Below the pieces are notes generated by a model. The model did not search any database. It was not told where the DNA came from and saw nothing but the letters and a program-made list of their open reading frames with translations. A DNA stretch of 61,944 nucleotides, counting the filler, from Circinaria calcarea (Eukaryota), in the NCBI GenBank assembly GCA_051942165.1. It is 3 parts of 3 records of this genome, joined end to end, with 100 filler letters (N's around TTAATTAATTAA, not from the genome) between each part and the next. Parts side by side here need not be neighbours in the genome. Positions count along the whole stretch, not along the records: positions 1 to 20,589 come from JAVECS010000170.1; 2 more parts are not named here. One strand, 5' to 3'. Position numbers and translations under genes: made by a program. Positions 1-12,631 of this stretch are shown here, piece after piece (position 1 is the first letter of the stretch; the number at the start of each line of letters is the position of its first letter).

Positions 1-1153
1 ATGATGTGTTGGGCACTTGATGATACCCCCTGTTTTTGGAGTGGGTGTGAGCTGCTTTTCTTATTATTTGTCCAAAAAGGGAGGTTTTTTGGTTTGTTGC
101 TTTAGCGGTACAGTGGCAATCGGTCTTGTACAGGGAGATTCCCGACGTCCACACCGGGACAGGGAAGGGGAGGATGGGGAGGATGGAAGGATGTCCCCAT
201 GGATGGAATGATGGAATGATGGATGGATATAGGGGCCTTTTTTTTGGGTATATCTGCCCAGTTGGAGATGTACAATGTAGATACAAATGTCCGAAACATG
301 ATCCTCGGTACCACGAAAACACATAATACAACCAACTCCTTGGTGAGTTCCCTTTTTTGCCGATCCCCCAATTCCATGGGGTCCCCATGTTAAGATGGGT
401 TTTTACTATTCTCAGGCGGAAAAATTTATGCAATTTCATATCCCCGAGAAAATTTTTCTGGGGAGATATGCAAACTTCATACAGAGTCCCCCCTCCCCTC
501 ACCAACTTTGCATTGCAAACTTTCCAATCCCAAGAACCTCAACGCAAGACCTCCTATTTCCGCTATGAAGTGGAGGGAGGGGGAGGGAGGAAAGGGAAGC
601 CCCTAAAGAACATAATTACCGACTGCCTAATACCTACTATTACGGAGTACCGTTAAGATAGAATGGGATAGGATCGGGGTTATTGGGTTATTGGGCCTGG
701 GAAAAAAGAGGAAAAACCCCCCTTGGCCCTTGGCCCTGGCCTCTGAGGGTTTGAGGTATTGGAATGGAATGGGGGGCCTAGTTCAGTGATTCGAGAGATT
801 GGGATTGCCGGGGGTTTTGGGTACGGAGGAGGGTTAGGGTTAGGGTCCGAGTTCGAGTTCAGGATGAGAAGGGGTCCAGGGGCACTCGGGAGACAAAAGA
901 GTATCAAGTACCGAAATACCGAACACCAATAAGGGGATACGGATAACGAATAACGGACAGATACCAGGGTGCGAAAATTGAAATTATCCACATTCAACTC
1001 CGAACAAGTGACACATTTGGATTGAAAGAAAAAAGTGTTCCTATATAGAATCTGCATTGTACCTCGCCCATCTCCATATTTATTTATTTATCCTCTGATA
1101 GTTACACAACAAAGGAGCGAGGAGGGGATTCGAAGCAAAGCAAGAGCCAAGAT

Positions 1154-1178
1154 GAGCTGAGCTGAGCTGAGCTGAGCT
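1154..1178. repeat. (GAGCT)5 microsatellite downstream of the bZIP gene
   Basis: gagctgagctgagctgagctgagct read directly. Confidence 0.9.
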
Positions 1179-1365
1179 AAAGTCACCGCATGTAGCCAGG
1201 CTACCATCTATCCCAGGAGAAAAGCACATCCCTGCCTTTGCCAAATCGTAACGGTCGTTTTTTGCTGCCGAGTATCCAGATATTCAAACCGAATACCTTC
1301 TCTCCTAACCCACCCAACCCGAACGAATTCCCAGGATTCTAAAACATGACATCGAATGTAGAAAT

Positions 1366-3373
1366 TCACAAATGTGAGGTGATGGCGGCAATTCGCGATG
1401 AGGTCGCCTCGATGTTGAAACACATACACTCGAAGCGGGCCATCACAGCGGAACTGACAGTACCGTCTTCACTACTGTCATTAATTCCGTCATCGATGAT
1501 GATATCAAAGCGCGCAACAGCTTTCTCTAATTCAATCGCGCCAAAGACTTGGTATTCCTCCTCGGTAGGAGTAGGCTTGGATTCCGAGGGAGAGTCGATA
1601 AAGAGAGCAAAGGCAGGATCGGATTCGTCGAGTCCGCAATCATCCATTGATTTGACGCATTCCGACCTGACTTCAGACACTCCCTGGGCAATCGGCATAG
1701 GTTCAATCAATGGTGTGGTATCCTTAACTTCTTCGCGAGGGTAAGGTCCGACCCAGTTTGACGATTTGCCAGACAAGATACCACAGTCGATACCATCGAT
1801 GTCTGGTTCCTGCGGAAGCTCCATGACGGAAAAAACTTGAGCGTGGTTAAAGCCATAATCCATGTTACCGGCCCAAGTATTGCTGGTGGGATCGAAAGCG
1901 GTAAAATCCATTGTGTTTTCAGGGATCAACGCCATGCCAATCTGAGTATCACTTTGTTGCTGGTTTTGCATGGTTTGATGGTGAGGATTGGCATCTTTAC
2001 GAGGCTTCGGCTGCATTTGCTGTTGAGTTGCAGGAGTGTGGTTTGACGAGGGGATGGCCGGTGCATTCATGATTGGACCACCATTGCTACTCAAGTCGTT
2101 GAGGAAAGTAGAGAAAGCAGATGACGAAAGGAGCATGCGGGTAAGGTCGGTCAATCGGGTATTCTCTGCTTTGAGAGCGTCGTTCTCGGATCGTAAATCA
2201 TCGGCCTCCTTGACCTTGACGGCGATCTCGCCTTCAAGTTGTCCGATATATTCTAATCAATCGTTAGCTATTGATTAGTAACCACAATGCGATAACAGTA
2301 CCTTTCCGCCTAGACCTGAAAGCTCTTGCTGATACTTTGTTCCTTAATTGCCGGCGTTCCTTGCTGCTCAGCTTCTTTCCTTCCTCGCTGGCAAGCAGAC
2401 GCTCATCCTCGTCCATGTCTTCTTCCTCCTTCCTCTGCCTTGCTAGATGTGGCAACCCACTTCCCGTAGGTGTAGAAGGATCCTCGTGCGAGGTTGCCTC
2501 ACTGTTCTGTCTCATTTGATTCAGCAGTCGAGAAATACGTTCCTCCACAATGGGATCAGTGGGAGGACGACTCGAGCTAGCGGCGGGGCGAGTAGCAGGC
2601 TGTCGGGGCTGAGGAGGCGCAACGCTTTGACGTTGTTGTAAGACTCTCTGTTGTGACTGCTGTCTCTGTTCTGCTTGAGCTTTTGCCATGGCCGCTTGCT
2701 GTTGATGCATGCCAGGCCAGAGGCGACCGACATTGCTCTGAATAGGCGTACTTGACGCTGAAACGTCTTCTCGTCCTCCGATGGTGTTCGGATCAATGAA
2801 ATCATTGTCTGCTGACTGGGTATCGTTATTGAGGGAGAAGAAATCTTGAGTCGGAGAGTCGAAGTCCATGTCAGTGTCGACCGAGGTACCAAATGATGGA
2901 TTGTGACTTGGCAGGGTATTGAAGTCAAACATGTCATCGACGACCGTGTTCATTCCAAAGTAGCCATCCGTGACGGGAGTGGCTCCATAATCTTGCTGAA
3001 TCTGATATCCGCCGAAGGGAAAGGCGTTGGGCTGGTTGACCGCCAAGGTACTCGACAAAGCTCCCACAGGGATACCCGTCTGTTGTTTGTGCAGCTCATA
3101 CTGGTGACTCGGGCCGGCGAAGATGGGCTGCGAGCTTGACTGCGGATGAAGAAAGGTGTTGTTCGGTGTTCCCGTCGCAAACTCTGGAGTTGCGATAGCT
3201 TTCCCTCGAGATGACGGTGATGGTGATAAAGACGTTGTATTTGAGGGCGATGGATAGATGGCTTGATCGAAATCGATATATCGGTCAATGTCGAGAGGGT
3301 CCAAACAGGATGACGACTGGGGCCTGGGCGAAAGCGCCGACGACGACGACTCTTGCTTGAACATGGCCGACAT
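1366..3373 (-). CDS. bZIP transcription factor (resembles the Ada-1/Zif1 group); exons 3373-2302 and 2252-1366
   Basis: Basic region KKLSSKERRQLRNKVSARAFRSRRK is joined by a 49-nt GT-AG intron (2301-2253, GCTAAC branch) to the zipper EYIGQLEGEIAVKVKEADDLRSENDALKAENTRLTDLTRMLL; Q/S/P-rich N-terminus. Confidence 0.93.
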
Positions 3374-4290
3374 GACCTTTCTCAGGCAAAGCTATACGTA
3401 ATCCGAAAGACAAGAAGTGATCTGTCGTAGAGATGGGATGATGGATGATGGATGGCGGATGACACTCTTCTGGTTGTTATGGTTGCCTGGAGTTATCCCG
3501 TTCTCAGCGGCCCCCCCCTTCACGGCGTTCTATTTTGGTCCGAAGACTCGACAACGACCACAACGGCTTCTCTCTCAACAATCGTTCTCAATTGTGGCAG
3601 GAGACGGATGTGAGCATTCAACGATGATAGAACCGTCAAACTATTGGATTTCGGCCTACGACGTATAGATAGAGTGGATGTGAAGACTTGGAAGGCCTGG
3701 GGGATCGGGGCGGTAATCGTTTCGAAAGGGAAGGCTGAGCTCCTGGCGCTAGTGGAGCATAGCCACGCGTCTGGCTGCAACAGTCGAGCCGACTGTTCAC
3801 ACGAGAACCAATTCTCTGCCCACCATTTGTCCGAGCCGAATACTAAGGTACTCCGTGTGCAGTAGATCCTATCCAGCGCCCACTTCTGCAGCAGATGGTA
3901 CGGGCCTATGGTATCTCTACTGCCCACAGAGGCTTTTACGGTCGGCGAGCGTCGCAAGCATTCATACCACGGACCCTCCGAGTCACCGACCGCCGAAGTC
4001 AACTCCGAGTACGTTTGAGGACCGTCTGAGAGGACTGTCGCAGTAGGAAGGGTCGGAGGTTTCAACGTTGGATCAGGAGAGACCTTTTCATCTTGGCAGC
4101 CATTTGGTGTTTTCTCTGCCGTCGCACAGATTACAATCTGGCACAAGAAAACCACGATCGTGTAAGCTTCATCATGTAGACTGATCCCTGATTACTCTCT
4201 GAATCGATGACGAAAGCGGGTGAATGAATGCCTTTACTCCACACGAGGCGGTGAGCAAAAATCTTTTGTGAAAAAAAAAAGTCCTTGTAT

Positions 4291-4420
4291 TACTGTGGTC
4301 GGATAGGAAATAATCCATAGTACGATCTGCAAATACCGGGGCACTAATTGGTCGTTACATACAATATATACCTTGTTTTGCCAAATCCTACTATGAATTA
4401 TTTCCCCTGCGACCACAGTA
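4291..4420. mobile_element. 130-bp MITE-like hairpin A, TA at both ends
   Basis: Left arm TACTGTGGTCGGATAGGAAATAATCCATAGTACGATCTGC matches the reverse complement of the right end at 33/40, first 10 nt perfect. Confidence 0.75.
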
Positions 4421-4546
4421 TACTGGTCTACAATCATATCAGTCGTTAGTAAGCTTGGCAAAACAGGGTAGATTTTGAGCACAGCGACCAATTAAATCCC
4501 CGTATTGGCAGATCACACTAACGACTGATATGCTTGTAGACCAGTA
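4421..4546. mobile_element. 126-bp MITE-like hairpin B, TA at both ends, directly abutting A
   Basis: TACTGGTCTACAATCATATCAGTCGTTAGT (4421-4450) matches the reverse complement of 4517-4546 at 29/30. Confidence 0.8.
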
Positions 4547-4675
4547 CTAGAAGTCTTGTACTAGAGGACCCATCACAGGAATCATCATCGCTGGTCGAAC
4601 TAGATCAGATCTGGGTTGGATAGAAGCCCTGTTTGAATGATTCGATCAATAAGTACCGAGTAATGACAACCCTCA

Positions 4676-4975
4676 TACCGATGTTCTCATAATGATCGGC
4701 GCTTTTCAGGTTTCCAAACAGTTTATTTTCGTTAGGTTAGGCGAAAGCGCTAGCCAGAATTGCTGTAGTATATATATTTATTAATAATATACTCCTGATA
4801 AGCCAATCGGACCCTCCGCACAGGTGGTAAAATGTGTACCGCTTGAAAATCTATTTACCAGTAAGTGATTATACTACGGCTATTCTGGCTAGCGCCTTCG
4901 CCTAACCCTTGCGAAGAACCCTAAAAAAAATGTTGGAAACCTGAAAAAGCGTCTACCATCATGAGAACAATGGTA
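4676..4975. mobile_element. 300-bp MITE-like element C with ~95-bp imperfect TIRs, TA-flanked
   Basis: TACCGATGTTCTCATAATGATCGGCGCTTTTCAGGTTTCCAAACA and GGTTAGGCGAAAGCGCTAGCCAGAAT on the left pair with ATTCTGGCTAGCGCCTTCGCCTAACC and TGTTGGAAACCTGAAAAAGCG...ATGAGAACAATGGTA on the right. Confidence 0.8.
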
Positions 4976-6612
4976 CACTGATTGTACTAGTTTGTCAGGC
5001 AAAATAAATCCCAGCGCGAAATTTTAACAGCTTTTACAGCACACCCAAACCACTCTTTAAAACTCTCAGAGAAACATAGATATACTCCGGATTATGCGCT
5101 TCTTATAGCCCTCTCCTTTACCATTCTTTTTACGGGGTTGTGGTTGAGGTTTCTGGGGGTATGAAGAAACCACGCTAGGGATTGTTTTGCCTGATATCGT
5201 ACTAATATTCGAGCCTGGATGGGGTCGCCGAAAAGTATCCTTCGTCGGCAACGACTTTTGCACACCGGCCTCGATAACTCGGGAGAGATTGAAGACAGGA
5301 GCTGGAGAAGGAGAGCCTATCAAGGAGAGCTCTAAACTCAGACCCGGTATGACCTCGTCCTTGGAATGAATAGCGAGCGTAGCGGTATGTCCATTAGATA
5401 GTGTCTGAGTAGCGTGGGTACATCCTCGTCATAGAACTCCCCTTCCCGCTCTTAATATTAAACACAAGCGCTCATGGTGGCAGCAATTACCGCCTGGGAG
5501 TAGTCACAACGTGTGAGGAGACTTACTATTCATACTCTTTGGAGAGTCCTTACACACCAACTCACAATCACCCTGATAAACACCGAATTGTTCTGGGGCC
5601 ATATTATCCTTTTTCCTATCAAGTATTTCACCAAAGAGCATCTCCCCTCAGCGGCCATTCCCATCATGTCCGGCGCATTCATACCAAGGCAAAAATAGCA
5701 AGTCGGTACCTTGGAGCTTGGATATCTATCGTAGTTTGAGGAAAGGGAGCCTTCCGGATTGTGATACTAGGTAACAGGCTAGACATTGAGTGTGGGGGAT
5801 GTGATATGGAAAGTTGAACAGGACTGTCAACGGACTAAGCCGTACAACAGGTAGAGCCAAATTCTACAAGAGCACAGACGTCAGATGGAGAGACTTCTCG
5901 GACGGCGAGGGTCATCTAGAGTAGAGTAGGGCCATATCACATCACCACTGTCCTGGAATGCCGATACAATCCTTGAATGTTACATATTATCTGGTATACA
6001 GACTTGATAAATTTCTAGTTGTGAGGAGCACACGCTATCATCTTGCAATATAGATGATATGAAAACCATAGCTTTTATTTGACTAATTTACAGATGCAGC
6101 AGAGATTGGTACAGCGCGAGAGTAGAGTGGACATGTAGAATGAATAGAGTAGATAATGCCATTCCATTGCTATACACCCATTAAATGCCTAGGCATGCCG
6201 TGCATATTGATCAGACTGTCTCATCCAGACGTAAACCTTCCTTCCGTATTGGAGGGTGGCACATGCAGCAAATGTGACTGGTTGGGTATGTGAGGAAAAT
6301 GCTAAGCCATGCCACGCAAACCGCTCATTCCATTGTAGAATCGTAATGCTAGTATCATGCCAACTCCCAGCTATCAATGCGTAGAGAGATTTCAGTACCA
6401 GTTTCCCCAGACGTAGGTTGAAGTACGTTTAGAGTTAGTATTCACCAGCCGTCCAGGAGAAAGCGTATTCTCTGCACTGCACGCTAAATCCGGAAAACCA
6501 GTAGTAGAAGTCCCTATCCATCCTGGCTGCTCCACCTTCAACGTTAGCAGATACAGCGTTCACTGTCTGCCTGCTAAGATGGTGGTAGCATAAGCAGGCC
6601 CGGATACTGCAA

Positions 6613-7802
6613 CTATCGGCCACGATAACCCCCGTATGGATTACCATCTTGATACCGAGTCAAAGACCTATCCCGGTCGTCGTCTTCATATCGCGCCGGT
6701 CCACTATCCCGAATTCTCCGGTTCGAGCTCACATCAGAACTGTAGCCCCTCGTGATTTGCGGCCTACCCTGGGGACTTGAATGCCTACTCCTCACTTTCT
6801 CCAATCTCTTCAAATGCCTTTCCTTTCTCGTCCGTATATACTCTTTATAGCCTTTGTGGGACGCTTGCACACCTTGCCACTTTCCATATGCGCCTTTGAT
6901 CCCGAGCGCGGCAATACCAATAGCTGCCGCATCTTGCAGTCTAGCTTTGTTTCTTTCCCTTTTTGCCTCCTCGGGTGAAAGGTTCCCCTTCAGGACCGCT
7001 TCCAGTCGCTTCTCACGTGCTTCCATGGAGGAGTAAACACCGGAAGCTGCATGAATGGTTGCGACAGCTGCTAGGCCTGCCGTGAGCATCGCTTTGTGCT
7101 TGATCTTCCTCTGCTGACGTTCATCCTCCGAAGACGAGATGTCATCTGACGAGCTGCTACTGTCTGAATCCTTGTCCTTTTCCCTATTTCTGGTAGCAAC
7201 CTGATTCCTCGAGGTCCTCGAACCCCCATCAAGTGAGCTGGCACGACGCAGGTTCCGAGGTCTAAGGGGGATGGAAGACTCCGAATCCGAAGAGTCGTAG
7301 TCACGGCCACCACCTACAGCCAGGTTAGAACAACATGTTGGAGTGTGAGCTCGGCTAAAGACGTACCCCTTGGACGGTACATTTGTCTTCCACCCCGTTC
7401 ATTTTCGGTGTAGTAGCCGTCACGTTCAGCAGATCTCGCCCGTCCATTGGGCAAGGTGGCGGCTCTACTGGGAGGATGATAATCTCTTGAGATCCTTTCG
7501 CCACTATCGCGAGGTTGTGCGTAGCTATCGCGAGGTTGCGCATAGCTATCACGGCGGTCATACGAAGAGTTCTGCCCATAATCGTCACGGTAATCTCGCC
7601 GATGTGGTTGGCGCTCAGTATTGCTGCGGCGGGGCGAGTCGTAGTCATCCATGTCGTACTGGCCTTGGGACTTCCGGCGGTCTTTCCTACCTGGGAAAGG
7701 GACCTTCTGGATCTTTTCTCTCGATTTCTCAAGAATGACGTCGTAATTCTGGATTAAGGGTACAGCAGCATTGAGCCCAAGGGAGGCAAACTGAGCGGCC
7801 AT
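6613..7802 (-). CDS. DUF3824-like fungal R/D/S-rich protein; exons 7802-7367 and 7313-6613
   Basis: A 53-nt GT-AG intron (7366-7314) joins two ORFs in frame; C-terminal motifs LTAGLAAVATIHAA..VYSSMEAR and ARLQDAAAIGIAALGIKGAY; short RDSYAQP tandem repeat. Confidence 0.85.
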
Positions 7803-9803
7803 TCTGGTGGATCTGTTTAGGGATGGTCGGTTGGTTTATGTACCTTGGTTGTTTCAATGAGGATGTCGGTGCATGATCTCTTGGGGTTGAATGTTGGAGT
7901 GTTGGCTTTTTCAGTGAAGATGAGAGTGAGAGTGACGGTGACGGTGAAGGCGCCGGGAAAGGATGGATGATGAAAAGGTTGGTGCGGGGAGCGTCTAGCT
8001 CTGCTTCCGAATTACCTTATCACGTAGTAGGCTTAGGGCCACTGCAGCATGACGATGGCAGGTCCGGTGTAACAAAAGGAAACTACTCGAATCCCGCCGC
8101 CTGCGTTCCAGACTCGTTCCAGATTGGCCCTTCACGGCCGTAGCTCGATGCAGAGTGAACGCTGAACTGTCATCGTTGATCGCTCCGAGGGGATGAAGAG
8201 GAAATCATATTCGCACTGCAGCTCTCCAGCGTCATGTCCGACGTTACTCCTTATCTATCAGTCCCATGACATGACGCGACTGATCCTCTGATGTGGCCAT
8301 GTCACTATGTTTCGCGCATCTCCGAAAATCATCAAAGATTCCCCAAACACACCTCCCAGAATTATCTACCAGGGTATTCCTAACATGCGCCCAGCTTCCC
8401 TGGAACCGGGATAAGCATTCGGGCAGGTGCATGTAATTTAAAAAATAATGTATATTAATTAATAGAACAGGCTAGCTGCAAGGTACATTGTGCTCTCCCA
8501 GACTCGCGGACTTGAATCTATTGCACGCCTTCCATTGGATAGCTTCGTCGAATCCTCGGCCTCGTGGAAATGGCTACTTTTTCAAACCGCATCAGAGGTC
8601 AGAGCTCGGTGAATAGTGAAAAACGACAGTCAAGCTACTACTTGTGTTTCGTATACCATCTAGCTCACAATATTGCCGTAGCTCGCTCAAGCGATGTATC
8701 CAGCTACACCATGTTCGGACAGCAATCTGTTCGAGGGGTGTCGTTTCAAGGTTGTCGGTAGAAGGATAGACCAACCGTGCCCATTCCGGGAACCTCAATT
8801 AGAGCCGGGGGAGAACTTTCTGCTGCCTCTCGCCTTTGCCCGTGGGTACGACGACGGACTTGAAGCGATGGAGAAGGGGACTGTTGCTGCTCCACTCACT
8901 CTGTTTGCAATATCGTGGCCTTCTGCGCAATAATTAGGCAGACGCAGTCGTCTGAAGCTCTCCCCCTTCAAACCACTTCTGACATCCTCGGTGGCAGCAG
9001 GCATCTGGATCGAACACGCTTTTGCTGCTTACGAAAGCTTCGCTGGATGAGAGGCAGTGGGCTGCGATCCCAATCCTCCTTTGAAAGTTCCGAAGATGGG
9101 TACCGCTTCAGCTCCATAAGTATACCAAAAAAGTTTTTATTTCACTGGTAGCTTACGTGTCGGCCCAGCGCGCATATCTTGAGGAAGTTGATCCATCGAG
9201 AAAGCGAGGTGATTCACGATAGAAGTCTTCCATCAAAGGCCGACTGCGAGGAGGTCGTTAAAGGGACACTCTAGAAAGTGCCGTTGTAGATTTGGTTTGA
9301 GTGCTCGGCCCTTTCAGTGCTCAGCGCTGAAGCTAAAGCCTTGCTTGTCCTCGGGTTTGCACCAGGAAAGGAAGAGCTGTAGTCTCCAGCTGGGATGCCT
9401 GGGATGCGTGCTCTTACCCTTCAATCCGAACCGCAGACTTCGGGTTGAGGCCGAAGCGTAACTATGATATATCTAGAAGCCAGATAATGGCTTTCGGCTT
9501 GCTGCGGCTTGGTAGGATTAGAAAATGACGGATAAGGCAATGTATATAAATATATAATGAAGCTGAATAAGACGCCTGAGGCTAAGGGTACAAGTGGTTC
9601 TAGTTGCGACACTCCATTGCGCTGAAAAGAAGATAGTAACAGTGGGATGCCTCAGTGTTTACAATCCATTTTCAGCAACTCTTTCATGTAACAACAAGGC
9701 ACTTGGGGGGAAGTCGTTCGGTTTTTTTTTTAAGTAATTTACCCGGTGGCGCAAAAAAGTAAAATTCAATATAACATGATTTCTGAATCTCCGCTATTAC
9801 ATG

Positions 9804-10033
9804 TAAGAGTATGGAGCAAAAGTCACCGGACACCCTGAATTTCTTCTAAGTTCGCCCGCCGTAGGGTAAGTTGATAATACCGGTAAATTACGTATGGCGT
9901 TTGAATTTTGCGCAGAGTTGTCCCGGCTAATTTGGCCAGGTGGGCCGTAATTTACCAAAATTATTAATTTGCCCTGCGGTGAGCGAACTTGAAAAAGTTC
10001 AGGGTGTCCGGTGACTTTTGCTCCATACTCTTA
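9804..10033. mobile_element. 230-bp Tc1/mariner-type MITE with TA target duplication
   Basis: Perfect 37-bp inverted repeat GTAAGAGTATGGAGCAAAAGTCACCGGACACCCTGAA (9803-9839 vs 9998-10034) with imperfect arms to ~90 bp; TA at 9804-9805 and 10032-10033. Confidence 0.9.
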
Positions 10034-10220
10034 CTTCGTGGCTGATGCGTTGTACATTTTGTATGCAATACCCACTAAAGATCTACAGGTTGCAAGCATC
10101 GAGTGACATACTTAGGTTGTAATGCGTATAAGCGGTGTAGAATCGATCGCGATATCGGAAGTTCGAATTCAAATCGCCAAATAATCATAAATATATATAT
10201 AGTCCCATAATGACATTGAT

Positions 10221-10736
10221 TTGCCTGTTTTATATCCTATACACACATTGAACTTGAAAATAAACGTTTCCATCCATCCTCCAACCTTTCAAGCCTCCGC
10301 TAACCCTCTTTCCACTCCATGGGTACACTCCCGGACACCTGGAGGACTTCCAAAAAGCTTTACGGGGTATTCCAACCTCCCGTTTACTTCCTTTGACGGT
10401 AAATGCTAGCGACAGAGAGGAAACATCGCCGAGGCAGCGAAGGTCGTGAAGGCGGCGGCAAAGAACGCCAGGACGAAGGAGCGTGTTTCTAGGAAGCAGC
10501 AGAGGGGGGATGAAAAGAGGTCGAAGCTCGAGGCGAAGGAGGAGACAGCCAGACGGAAACGGCGAGCAGAAAAACACGCCCGCGAGTCGCAATTAAATAT
10601 TAACGCGTTGATGGAAGAAACGCTTCGATTCAGACGATGGATATCCCACTGTAGAAACGATATTAGCAGGACATTCGCAAAGGAGACGGGGGTAATCATA
10701 GATTTCAGACTACGCCATGAGCCCACAGTAGAATAG
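10221..10736 (+). pseudogene. Interrupted ORF inside the TIR element, K/R/E/A-rich coiled-coil-like half (transposase tail or captured fragment)
   Basis: ORFs 10221-10409 and 10446-10736 are in the same frame, separated by one TAG at 10407-10409; no DDE core seen. Confidence 0.35.
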
Positions 10737-12631
10737 ATAGTATCATAGTTTTCACTTAACTTATTAAGAGTTGTGGTTGTTAAGCGGTAAGCATATTCAA
10801 ACCAGGGAGTTCCACCGTACCTTTGTATATAATTCTAATTATTTTAATTTCGCTAATCGTACCCCGCTACTAGATTTGTAACGTGTTAGTGCCTTTGAAG
10901 AATTTATTTCGCGAAATAGTTTTTCCAAGTTTACCTTTGGGCACGATTACCGGGTAAAATTACTTTGAAAAAACCGGACCAATTTTAAAAATAGGACACC
11001 GCGGATGACGCTATGCTCTGACCTCGAAGACCAACACCGAGTCCATGCCCATCTCACATCAGCCATTTGCACCAACCGTCTACTTTCAAGCGACAGCGTT
11101 GGTATACGAAGGGGTTATCAGCACAGACCGGGTGAGGCCCTTGACATACCGGGATGGAAGAAGAGATTGTAAAAGACGCTGCTACCGGCGAATCACCTTC
11201 GACAGTAGACGGCATACGGACCTTCTAGAAGGTCCAATGCTTCCTCGAACGCGTGGCTGACTGCAGTAGTCAGAAGAGATACTGCTCACTGCATACAGTT
11301 GTGTAATACCCCAGACCCCTTCTCTGTTATCAGACTCACCACCGTCTTCGTATCTGCACGAGGGTTTTGGTGCTTATCAGGCCCATAGCGCCGATGAGTT
11401 GTCTGGCCTAAAATCTTAAGCACCTCCTACATCATACCTCTTCTATCCTCTGACACTCCATCAGCTTCACCCCGGTCTCCCACGTTGTTGACTCTACCCA
11501 ACAGCGCTGGACCTGGAGATTCTCCCGACTGATGTCACAGATCCCAGCCTGTCACTTTGGATCGCTGAGTCTCACGTGTGAAGTGAATTATGCATTCGCT
11601 ACCTAATGCTTTTTTAGGCACAGTGCTGAGCCTGCGTGGTTGGAAACTCCCCGAAATATGTCTGCTCCGATCAGGCACATCGCACCGGTCTCCAGATTCC
11701 TTCCTAGCTGGGGATTCTTATCATTGATGTTGGCATACAAGTTACATTCTCCATCCTGAAATTCCAATTAGACGCGGACTCTGGGATTCAAGGCTGACAG
11801 AATTGGAATACTGCTGATGCACATTGACCACTTTGACCAGCCTCTGTTTTCTCTTTACATGTCTTCAAGGTCCGGTGGAGCTGGTAGGCCGACCCAACCT
11901 TTCTTGTTGACGGCTGGCTATGGCTGGTGGGGTTTTCATAAGACCGGGAACGGTCTTCTTTATTCGTACTGAGCATATACTCGTGTGTTTTGCTATTCTC
12001 CTGATCCTTCTATCCCCTTGATCCAGCATCCCCATTCGAAAGTTACATTTTACGTCATATTGCTTTCGCCACTCCTCTCTTTAAGCCCTGAGTAATCATC
12101 CTAGAAGTCATACATGCATAATTCGGGGGATAGGGCAGCAATACGAACAGCCATTCAGCTTGAGGGTGTGTGGCCAAGTAGGGAAGGATGTCCCCCACAC
12201 TTTGGCGTACGAGTATTTGATCTATAAGACCTCGCTCATCTGCCTCCACATGAATGTCTCAACATCCTCATCTAACAGTCCCCTCCGCCAGGGAAGAACA
12301 TAGCATACCAGCAGAGCAGACGGAGCAACATTAAGAAGACAACTCGAATCCTCAACCCTCGGAATCCGAAGACCTTAGAGATCTCGCACCACTATATCGC
12401 TCATCCCATCCTTACGTCTCCCCTTACGCCCCGCTGCCTGAAAGACAAGGTCAATTACCTTTGACTTCAATTATTCAATCACAACACACTCCATCCTTAG
12501 GACCTTCAGTATTTGCTTCGAGTGGAGCTACACTTTCTGCTCCCACGTTAGGGTATTCGTCATCATCCCAGGACGAGACAATCTACAGAAACCCAGGCCC
12601 AAGACAATACAGATTCAATCTTTCAAGTACT

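Larger units (their letters stand above)
9717..10978. mobile_element. Degenerate ~1.26-kb TIR element (non-autonomous), containing a nested MITE and an interrupted ORF
   Basis: CGGTTTTTTTTTTAAGTAATTTACCCGGT (9719-9747) pairs imperfectly with ACCGGGTAAAATTACTTTGAAAAAACCG (10949-10976), and the similarity extends ~20 nt inward; AT-rich subterminal regions. Confidence 0.55.

Noticed and set aside
1..1060. Overlapping short ORFs and GGGTTA-like words (831-845) at the contig start
   Set aside because: Homopolymer-rich low-complexity sequence with no recognisable protein; only about two telomere-like units, not an array.
3417..4155. 211-aa minus-strand ORF and overlapping ORFs upstream of the bZIP gene
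   Set aside because: Non-ATG start and no domain; most likely promoter or 5' UTR.
5066..5740. Short open frames with a CYFC motif
   Set aside because: Could not build a consistent gene model or assign a family.
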